From contig JBGANF010000130.1 of assembly GCA_044222475.1 (NCBI GenBank), forward strand, positions 1-21,935: 21,935 nt of DNA. Direction: 5' to 3'. The DNA is from Polyangiaceae bacterium. GTDB lineage: Bacteria > Myxococcota_A > Polyangia > Polyangiales > Polyangiaceae. A program made the translations under genes and the position numbers. The notes below the pieces were generated by a model. That model was not told the origin of the DNA, searched no databases, and saw only the letters and a program-made list of their open reading frames with translations. Of the stretch, positions 1 to 6,707 are shown in pieces. How positions within the stretch are numbered: position 1 is the first letter of the stretch; every line of letters starts with the position of its first letter.

Positions 1-242
1 GCCTTCGTCTCGGCGATGTCGCGCGAGTAGACGCCGGCCACGCCCTTGCCCTGGCGGTGCACCGTCATCATGAACTGCGTCGCGAGCGTCTCGTTCATCT
101 GGAAGAACTGCTCGAGCACGATCACGACGAACCACTTCGTCGTGTAGTCGTCGTTGTAGAAGACCACGCAGTATCGTCTGGCTTTCGCGACCTTCGGGTC
201 GCGCTCGAGCACCACGTCGCCGTCGCCGTGAGTCGGCTTCAT
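1..242 (-). CDS. clpS: ATP-dependent Clp protease adaptor ClpS (3' end runs off the window)
   Basis: Not in the ORF track. Manual translation from ATG at 242: MKPTHGDGDVVLERDPKVAKARRYCVVFYNDDYTTKWFVVIVLEQFFQMNETLATQFMMTVHRQGKGVAGVYSRDIAETK, with the ClpS hallmarks NDDYT, VHxxGxG and DIAETK. Confidence 0.95.
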   Translation of the reverse strand, partial: MKPTHGDGDVVLERDPKVAKARRYCVVFYNDDYTTKWFVVIVLEQFFQMNETLATQFMMTVHRQGKGVAGVYSRDIAETK

Positions 243-249
243 GCGCTCC

Positions 250-264
250 AGTGTAGGCTAGGCT
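250..264. promoter_or_regulatory. Overlapping bidirectional -10 elements for clpS and the Zn-ribbon gene
   Basis: TACACT (minus strand, 250-255) is 7 nt from the clpS ATG; TAGGCT (plus strand, 259-264) is 7 nt from ATG 272. The intergenic gap is only 29 bp. Confidence 0.5.
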
Positions 265-271
265 GAGGCGC

Positions 272-976
272 ATGAGTGGCCCCTACCGCGAGCCCGGAGT
301 CGCGATGCGCGTCCGCGCGACGCGGTGCCTGGGGTGCGGGGCGCGCTGCAGCGGGGAGCGGTGCGCGAGCTGCGGGGTCGAGTGCCCAGGCGAAGCGGCG
401 CCGCGCGCGAGCGAGGTTCGCGCGGACTGTCCCCGCTGCTTCGTGGCGCTCGAGCTGAGCCAATTCTCGGAGTGGGACGCGGGGTTCGTCTACTGCGTCG
501 GTTGCCACGGGTGCTTCGTTCCGCCGATCGACTGGGCGGTGATGCTCGACCGCGTTGCTGGCTTCGGTCGTGTTCCCGGCGACGAGCTCGCGCCGGTGCC
601 TGCAGCGGAGGGGCTCCGGCCCGGAGCGCTCGCGGATCGCGTGTCGTGTCCGGTCTGCCGTCAGCGGATGGATCGCGTCACCGTTGCCAAGTCGGATGCG
701 CTCCCGATCGACATATGTATTGCGCACGGAATTTGGTTCGACGCGTCCGAGCTCGCGATCGCGCTTCGGGCCGTGGATCGAGGGGACGACGCTCCGATCG
801 GAACACGCGAGGTTCCCGCCCGAGCGCTGGCCAAGGAGCGCGAACGCATACCCGTGCCCTCCGCGGAGGTCCGACCCCCTGCGGTAGCGCTGCAGCGTGT
901 CTCGGAGACGCGGGGGGTGTTGGCCACGGTGCTCGAACGCCTGCGGTCGCTCCTCACCTCTGCAGCGGATGCCTGA
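272..976 (+). CDS. Multi zinc-ribbon protein (N-terminal Cys4 ribbon plus two zf-TFIIB-like fingers)
   Basis: CLGC..CASC; CPRC..YCVGCHGCF; CPVC..IDICIAHGIWFDASEL (matches the zf-TFIIB-like CxxC..ID.C...GxWFDxxEL pattern). Confidence 0.8.
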   Translation: MSGPYREPGVAMRVRATRCLGCGARCSGERCASCGVECPGEAAPRASEVRADCPRCFVALELSQFSEWDAGFVYCVGCHGCFVPPIDWAVMLDRVAGFGRVPGDELAPVPAAEGLRPGALADRVSCPVCRQRMDRVTVAKSDALPIDICIAHGIWFDASELAIALRAVDRGDDAPIGTREVPARALAKERERIPVPSAEVRPPAVALQRVSETRGVLATVLERLRSLLTSAADA

Positions 977-1024
977 AGTCGACGCATGGACACGTCAGGG
1001 GCGGGCATGACCGTCGTCGGTGCG

Positions 1025-1166
1025 GGCATCGCACCCAACCGCTCAGGCCCTACAAGCCAATACGTTGGTTCGAATCCAACGTTTCCCGCCTTTGGGAAAC
1101 TCGCTCAGTGGTAGAGCACCGGTCTACGGAACCGAAAAACACGGCTCGAGCACTCGGGTGCGAGCC
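1025..1166 (+). ncRNA. Circularly permuted tRNA-like RNA (YrlA/Y-RNA-type tRNA mimic or permuted tRNA with ACG anticodon arm)
   Basis: T arm GTTGG-TTCGAAT-CCAAC (1064-1080); acceptor strands GTTTCCC (1081-1087) and GGGAAAC (1094-1100) joined by loop GCCTTT; D arm GCTC-AGTGGTA-GAGC (1103-1117); anticodon arm CGGT-CTACGGA-ACCG (1120-1134). Flanks TCGCACCC (1029-1036) and GGGTGCGA (1156-1163) are complementary. Ends are approximate. Confidence 0.75.
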
Positions 1167-1172
1167 TTCTTC
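1135..1172. terminator. Putative bidirectional intrinsic terminator
   Basis: Hairpin GGCTC-GA-GCAC-TCGG-GTGC-GAGCC (1143-1166), followed by TTCTT on + and by GTGTTTTT on - (A5 at 1135-1139). It lies just past the stop of the convergent rhodanese gene. Confidence 0.5.
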
Positions 1173-1186
1173 GAAGGAGCGCGAGA

Positions 1187-1609
1187 TCAGGTCTCGACCT
1201 TCTTGCCCTTCTTCTCCCAGCCGGTGATCCCCTCCGGCATGATGTACACGTTCGTGTAGCCGAGGCCGATCGCCGCCGTCGCCGCGTGGTGACACGCCGA
1301 GCACGACTCGCCGTAGCAGTAGAAGACGAGCGCCGCCGTCTTGTCGGCCGGGAGCTTGTCGGCCGCGACCTCCTTGTACGGGAGGTACTTCGCGCCCGGC
1401 ACGTGTCCCTTCGCGAAGCGCTCCGCATCGTTGTCGTCGAAGACGAACGTCCTGCCGTCGTTCGCGGCGAGCCTCGTCTCGACCTCTTCGACCGTGAGGC
1501 GCTTGAACGCCTCTGCCGGTTGGGAGCCGTCGTTCGCCGTGTGCGCTGCGGGTGTCGACGAGGCGCAAGCAGTGAGGACGAGGAGCGTGGCGAGGGCGAT
1601 CGAGCGCAT
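1187..1609 (-). CDS. Rhodanese-like domain lipoprotein
   Basis: Lipobox LTAC after a hydrophobic stretch; FAKGHVPGA, active-site loop VFYCYGESC, GYTNVYIMPEGITGW. Confidence 0.9.
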   Translation of the reverse strand: MRSIALATLLVLTACASSTPAAHTANDGSQPAEAFKRLTVEEVETRLAANDGRTFVFDDNDAERFAKGHVPGAKYLPYKEVAADKLPADKTAALVFYCYGESCSACHHAATAAIGLGYTNVYIMPEGITGWEKKGKKVET

Positions 1610-1686
1610 GGCAGGTTCCTTAGCCCATCTGCCCGGGTTCGGCCACGTTGCGGAAGGGGAGGACCTCGGCTACGCGTTCTCTCGCC

Positions 1687-2706
1687 GTGCGCGCGAACCT
1701 CCTCCTCGTTCTCGTCGTCGCTTGTGGTGGCGCGGCGGAGCCTCGCCCGGTCGCGACTCGTGTCGCTCTGCCGTCGGCCGAGCCGTCCACCGTCGCGACG
1801 GCGAAGCCGACCGTGGCTCCACCGCCGGGCGCGCACCTCCGCGGGACGATCCCGATTCCGACCGGAGACGACCCCGTCGGCCCCGCGTTCGCGAAGGACG
1901 GGACGAGCGTGGTCTTCGCCGCCGGCGGCAAGCTTCTCCGCTTCGACGTGGCGACCCTCGCCGCGATCGACGCTCGGCCGGTCACCAAGGTCGCTCGCCT
2001 GGTCGGGACTGCGCTCGTGCTGCACGGCTCATCGGACGCTGCGTTCGACGTCTCGACGGCTTCACGGGTCGTCGTCGATGTACCAAAAGGGTACGACTGC
2101 AAGGGCGATTCGTTCAGCGCCGACGCGTCCAAGGTGGCGCGCAACTGCGTCACCAAGACCGACGAGTGCGTCCTGGTCCAAGACACGCGGACTGGTGCGC
2201 TCATCGCGAAGCTCGCCGAGTTCCAGACCGCGGCCCCGGTGCGCAGCGGGACGATCACCGACAGCGGCAACTTCGTGTTCTGGGCGTCCCGCGCGAGCGG
2301 CGCGTTCGAGGAGATCTCGAGCAAGGTCACCGGCCCGGTCATGAGCTCCCACTCGACGATGGCTCCCGACGAGCGCGCTCTGTTCACCGTCACCGACAAG
2401 GACTGGATGCCCGACGACCGCACGCCGGCGCGGATGCTCGACCCCAAGACCGGGCACGCGAAGTACACGCTGCCGTGGGACGTCGACCGCGTCTTCTTCT
2501 CTCCCGACGGGTCACGCTTCGCCGCGCTCCACGTGAAGGGCGACTCGCACGAGGTTTCGTCGGTCACCGTCCATCGCACCGACGACGGCGCCGTCGCTGC
2601 GACGCTCCCGGAGACCGGCGTGGTGCTGGTGGCCTTTTCGCCCGACGGCCACGCGCTCGTGCTTCGCGACGCGACGTCGGTGAAGCTCCATCTCGACCTC
2701 CCCTGA
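1687..2706 (+). CDS. WD40/YVTN-like beta-propeller lipoprotein
   Basis: GTG start gives MRANLLLVLVVAC (lipobox), then a Pro/Ala linker and blade motifs FAKDG, FSADAS, FSPDG x2. Confidence 0.75.
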   Translation: MRANLLLVLVVACGGAAEPRPVATRVALPSAEPSTVATAKPTVAPPPGAHLRGTIPIPTGDDPVGPAFAKDGTSVVFAAGGKLLRFDVATLAAIDARPVTKVARLVGTALVLHGSSDAAFDVSTASRVVVDVPKGYDCKGDSFSADASKVARNCVTKTDECVLVQDTRTGALIAKLAEFQTAAPVRSGTITDSGNFVFWASRASGAFEEISSKVTGPVMSSHSTMAPDERALFTVTDKDWMPDDRTPARMLDPKTGHAKYTLPWDVDRVFFSPDGSRFAALHVKGDSHEVSSVTVHRTDDGAVAATLPETGVVLVAFSPDGHALVLRDATSVKLHLDLP

Positions 2707-2785
2707 CGCGCCGCATCGTGCGTAGCCCGCTATGCAGATGCTTGCACTGTGCAGGCGGCGCACATTGTGCGACCCTCCCGCCGTC

Positions 2786-4504
2786 ATGCCGAAGCTCTCT
2801 CGTTATTTCGAAACGGCCCGTGATGCATCGGGCGCGCACCGCCTCGTCGTCAAGCTGACCGGAGTTCCACTGCTCCGCCTCGCGGCGACGAACAAGGGCA
2901 CCGCGTTCACCGAGAAGGAGCGCGTCGAGCTCGGGCTCGATGGCCTGCTGCCGCCGCACGTGAGCACGCTCTCCGAGCAGGTGACCCGCAACTACGCCGC
3001 GTTCACCAAGGAGCCGACGCCGCTCGCGAAGTACCAGTTCCTGCGTGCCCTCCAAGAGCGCAACGAGACGCTCTTCTACGCGCTCCTCGGCCAGCACCTC
3101 GCGGAGATGCTGCCGATCATCTACACGCCGACCGTCGGCGACGCGGTGAAGCAGTTCCACTCGATCTACCAGAGCGCCCGCGGCCTCTCGTTCTCTCCGC
3201 TCAACATCAAGCGCGCGAAGCACGTGATCGACAACTGCTTCTACGACGACGTCCGGATGATCGTCGCGACGGACTCGTCGGCCATCCTGGGCATCGGCGA
3301 TCAAGGCTACGGCGGCCTCGCGATCGCGATCGGCAAGCTCGCGCTCTACACCTCCGGCGGTGGCGTCTCTCCCTGGCGCTCCCTCCCAGTCGGCCTCGAC
3401 GTCGGCACCGACCGCGACGACCTCGTGCAGAACCCGGCGTACCTCGGCGTGCGCCAGAGCCGGCTCAAGGGGCAGGAGTACCTCGAGTTCATGGATCGCT
3501 TCGTCGACTCCGTGCGGGTGCGGTACCCGCGGGCGATCCTCCAGTGGGAGGACCTCTCGAAGGACGCGGCGTTCACCGTCCTCGAGCGCTACCGGAAGAA
3601 GCTGCCGTCGTTCAACGACGACATCCAAGGCACCGGCGCCGTGTGTCTCGCCGGCGTGCTCTCGGCGTGCAAACACTTGGACCGGCCGCTCCGCGATCAG
3701 CGCGTCATCGTGTACGGCGCCGGCGCCGGCGGCGGCGGTGTGGCGTGGGAGATCGTCCGCGGGATGATGGCGTCGGGGCTGAGCGAGGCTCAGGCGCTCG
3801 AGCGCGTGTTCGTCCTCGACTCGAAAGGCTTGCTCCTCGCGGACCGGCCGATGGAGGACTACAAGAAGCCGTTCGCCAAGACGCGCGCCTCGATCGCCGG
3901 GTGGGAGATCCCGGGCACGCCGAGCCTCCTCGACGTGATCAAGAAGACGAAGGCTCAGATCCTCCTCGGGCTCTCCGGCCAACCGGGCACGTTCACCGAG
4001 GAGATCATCGTCGCCATGGGCGACAACGCGGACCGTCCGGTGATCTTCGCGCTCTCGAACCCGACGTCGTCGTGCGAGGCGCAGCCTGCCGACATCCTCG
4101 CGTGGACCGAGGGGCGCGCGATCGTCGCCACCGGGAGCCCGTTCGAGCCCGTCGTGCTCGGCGGCAAGGTCCACCACATCGGACAAGGCAACAACGCGTT
4201 CATCTTCCCGGGCCTCGGCTTCGGAGCGATCCTGGCGCAGGCGCGCGAGATCACCGACCGTATGGTGATGGCCGCGGCGATGGGCCTCGCCGACTACACC
4301 GCGGAGAAGCACCTCGCGGGCGGGCTCATCTATCCGCCGGTCGAAGAGCTCCGCGAGGTCGCGGTTCACGTGGCTGCGCGGGTGATCGTGCAGGCGTTCG
4401 CCGATGGCGTGGCGCAATCGAGCAAGGTCGCGCCCGAGAACGCCGTGAGCTACGTGCGGAGCAAGATGTGGCAGCCGCACTACCTGCCGTTCGCGAAGGA
4501 GTAG
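2786..4504 (+). CDS. maeA: NAD-dependent malic enzyme (MaeA/SfcA type)
   Basis: NKGTAFT, GLLPP, IIYTPTVG, ILGIGDQG, LDVGT, QWED, FNDDIQGTGAV, GAGAGG, LSNPT, GQGNNAFIFPG. ATG 2786 preferred over 2732. Confidence 0.93.
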   Translation: MPKLSRYFETARDASGAHRLVVKLTGVPLLRLAATNKGTAFTEKERVELGLDGLLPPHVSTLSEQVTRNYAAFTKEPTPLAKYQFLRALQERNETLFYALLGQHLAEMLPIIYTPTVGDAVKQFHSIYQSARGLSFSPLNIKRAKHVIDNCFYDDVRMIVATDSSAILGIGDQGYGGLAIAIGKLALYTSGGGVSPWRSLPVGLDVGTDRDDLVQNPAYLGVRQSRLKGQEYLEFMDRFVDSVRVRYPRAILQWEDLSKDAAFTVLERYRKKLPSFNDDIQGTGAVCLAGVLSACKHLDRPLRDQRVIVYGAGAGGGGVAWEIVRGMMASGLSEAQALERVFVLDSKGLLLADRPMEDYKKPFAKTRASIAGWEIPGTPSLLDVIKKTKAQILLGLSGQPGTFTEEIIVAMGDNADRPVIFALSNPTSSCEAQPADILAWTEGRAIVATGSPFEPVVLGGKVHHIGQGNNAFIFPGLGFGAILAQAREITDRMVMAAAMGLADYTAEKHLAGGLIYPPVEELREVAVHVAARVIVQAFADGVAQSSKVAPENAVSYVRSKMWQPHYLPFAKE

Positions 4505-4572
4505 GGGCGTGACAATCTGCCCCGCCCTTTGCTGTCGCTTGAATGCACCGGTTCCGCGTGCATCCTAGTGTC

Positions 4573-6681
4573 ATGCGGAGGTGGTGCGTCGCGGCGTGGT
4601 TCCTCATCTCCACATCGATGATCGCAGCGTTCGTCCGCTGCTCACCGTCGGACTCTGCGAGCGACGGCGGGCCACCGGATGCTCGAGAGGAGAACGCGCC
4701 CCAGGCCGACGCGGCGGATGTGATCGCAGCCGACGCGGATGCTGGCCCTGACGCTGATGGGGACACGGGTTCGTCCTCCTCCTATGCTTGCGGCTCGCCC
4801 AAGGTCGTCACGGTCGACGGTGGTTCTCCCGAAGGTGGCGCGACGGCGCTGCTCGACCTTGGCCACACTCGGAAGATCGACTTCGTCTACCACGCGGCGG
4901 ATCGCGTGCTCGCGGCCGACTCGCCAGCGTGGATCGTTTGGGACACGACGACCGCAGGTCAGATTGCCCGCGGTTCGGGCACGATCGTCGGCGCAGGAGG
5001 ATCGCTCTTTGCCGTTCGGACCGGCTCGCAGCTCGAGTTGCGGAGCGTGACGGACGGAACGTCCAAGGGCTCCGTTGCCGCGGGCACCAATCAATACTTC
5101 GGCGTCGCGAGCGACGGGAGCTACGCGTGGGGTTCCTCCACGACCGCGCTCACGGTGTGGTCACCGGCAGGTGCGGTCTTGTTCGCGCGGTCCGGCAACT
5201 ATGCCCAAGCGTTCAACGTCGCGCTCGGCGTCCAGGGGATCCATGCCGCCGCCGGCGAGATCCGGGTGGCGACTGGCCCGGCCGGCGCTTCCGTGATCGA
5301 GACCATCGCGGTGCCGAGCCAAACCGTGACCGTGAGCCCGGCTTTCCCCGACGCCTTCGCGAGCTGGTTCCGCGATGGCAGTCACTTCTTCACGAAGCCC
5401 GTCCCGACCGCGGCAGCACTCCGCGTCTACAAGAAAGACGCGACCTTCGTGCAGCTCGTCTTGCAGTATTGGGTCAACGGCGGGCCTGGTTTGGGCGGGT
5501 CGAACGGCAACAGCAAGTTCTTCTGGACCTTCGACTCGGGAATGAACAACCTCCTCGTCTTCGCAGTGGGAGGGAGCACGACTCCCGTGCTCCAAGTGCC
5601 GGTCGGACCGAGCGACACGGTCATGGCGTCGAACGGCATGATCGCCATCACCCAGGAGTTCGGCACTCAGCTCACCCTGGTCGATGTCGGAGCTGCGGTT
5701 GCCTCCAAGCAGGTGACGGTACCTCCTGCCTACCTGACGTCGTTCGCGAGCGATGGGGCGGGGCACTGGTCCGTCGGTAACAAGGTGGGCGTGCTTTACT
5801 TCCTCGGGAACTCGAAGAGCGCGTCGGCCGACGGTCTGCTCGGCTGCGGCGGCGTGGGAGATCCCGCGAACGACGCAACGACGGCGACGTCGCACGCAAT
5901 GTCGGGGACGTCCTCCGGCAAGCTGATTGTCGCGACGGCGTCGGGCCAGGACCTCGTACTGGACGCGACGACCAAGCAGGTCGTGACGCTGGTCGCGGGA
6001 GTCGTACCGCGACAAGCGCGGCTGACGAACGACGGGAAGACGCTGGTGATGACCAACTACGGTTACGGTCTCCAATACCTGCCCGGGTGCGAGATGTTCC
6101 TTTATGCGCTGCCGAGCCTCACGCCGAAGCAGTCGTGGCCGTCGTCGGACTGCGTGTACGACTTCGATCTCGCGCGCGGCGGCAGCCGCTTGTCGTACTG
6201 GGCGGGCACCCAGCGCCACGTGCTCGATCTCGGGAGCCAGACCGACGTGCTGACGGACTCCACCAGTGAGCTCGCGCCCAAAGTCTCGCCCGACGGTACG
6301 CACATTGCAGCCACGAATGGAAACCTGACGGCGATCTACCTGAACGGAACGCTCGTCAACGCCGTGAGCGGTCGGGCGATAGGCTGGATCGACGACAACG
6401 CGCTGCTCGTGCAGACCCACAAGGTCCAGTTCGATGCGTACGACAAGTCGTTCGTCTACGACGCCACCGGCACGCTGATCTCTCAACCCCCGCTCATGCC
6501 GCTGGTCACCTACTTCGACACCGCAGCTCCGGGGCGCATCCTCGACCGAGATGACTCGAAGATCTACGACACGACGACCGGGGCGAAGGTCTGGGACCAG
6601 GGCCTTCCGCCCGGCGCGACGATCGTGGGAGCGAACGTCGCTTATCTCTCTGGCAGCGCGGTCTACCTGACCAAGTACTAG
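4573..6681 (+). CDS. Large secreted/lipoprotein, beta-propeller-rich hypothetical protein
   Basis: Hydrophobic N-terminus ending in FVRC-S, Asp/Ala/Gly linker (SDGGPPDA..DADAGPDADGD), beta-rich body with SDGS, NDGKT and VSPDGT turns. Start uncertain (4543/4573/4618). Confidence 0.7.
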   Translation: MRRWCVAAWFLISTSMIAAFVRCSPSDSASDGGPPDAREENAPQADAADVIAADADAGPDADGDTGSSSSYACGSPKVVTVDGGSPEGGATALLDLGHTRKIDFVYHAADRVLAADSPAWIVWDTTTAGQIARGSGTIVGAGGSLFAVRTGSQLELRSVTDGTSKGSVAAGTNQYFGVASDGSYAWGSSTTALTVWSPAGAVLFARSGNYAQAFNVALGVQGIHAAAGEIRVATGPAGASVIETIAVPSQTVTVSPAFPDAFASWFRDGSHFFTKPVPTAAALRVYKKDATFVQLVLQYWVNGGPGLGGSNGNSKFFWTFDSGMNNLLVFAVGGSTTPVLQVPVGPSDTVMASNGMIAITQEFGTQLTLVDVGAAVASKQVTVPPAYLTSFASDGAGHWSVGNKVGVLYFLGNSKSASADGLLGCGGVGDPANDATTATSHAMSGTSSGKLIVATASGQDLVLDATTKQVVTLVAGVVPRQARLTNDGKTLVMTNYGYGLQYLPGCEMFLYALPSLTPKQSWPSSDCVYDFDLARGGSRLSYWAGTQRHVLDLGSQTDVLTDSTSELAPKVSPDGTHIAATNGNLTAIYLNGTLVNAVSGRAIGWIDDNALLVQTHKVQFDAYDKSFVYDATGTLISQPPLMPLVTYFDTAAPGRILDRDDSKIYDTTTGAKVWDQGLPPGATIVGANVAYLSGSAVYLTKY

Positions 6682-6707
6682 GGAGGTAGGGTAGTCTGCC
6701 CGGTGGC

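Noticed and set aside
1064..1090. att site (tRNA 3' fragment) of an integrated element
   Set aside because: No integrase nearby, and the fragment pairs perfectly with an immediately downstream 5' half, which att duplications do not produce.
1064..1135. Canonical tRNA-Arg(ACG) gene
   Set aside because: No T arm or acceptor 3' strand follows the anticodon arm (AAAAACACGG follows); those parts lie upstream.
1064..1135. Two-piece permuted tmRNA
   Set aside because: No G3-U70 pair, a true D stem and anticodon arm are present, and there is no room for a tag ORF or pseudoknots.
2748..2764. Rex operator upstream of maeA
   Set aside because: TGTG..CACA spacing is 9 nt rather than 8, and the core lacks the usual AT-rich match.
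3265..3310. Inactive or malolactic variant, from TDSSAILG replacing TDGERILG
   Set aside because: This position varies among bacterial malic enzymes, and the catalytic Tyr/Lys and metal-binding ED/DD residues are intact.
2564..4480. Long antisense or alternate-frame ORFs (also 325-1227, 1341-2858, 6678-8990, 13192-16212 and others)
   Set aside because: Arg/Pro-rich shadow ORFs typical of high-GC DNA, overlapping well-supported genes.
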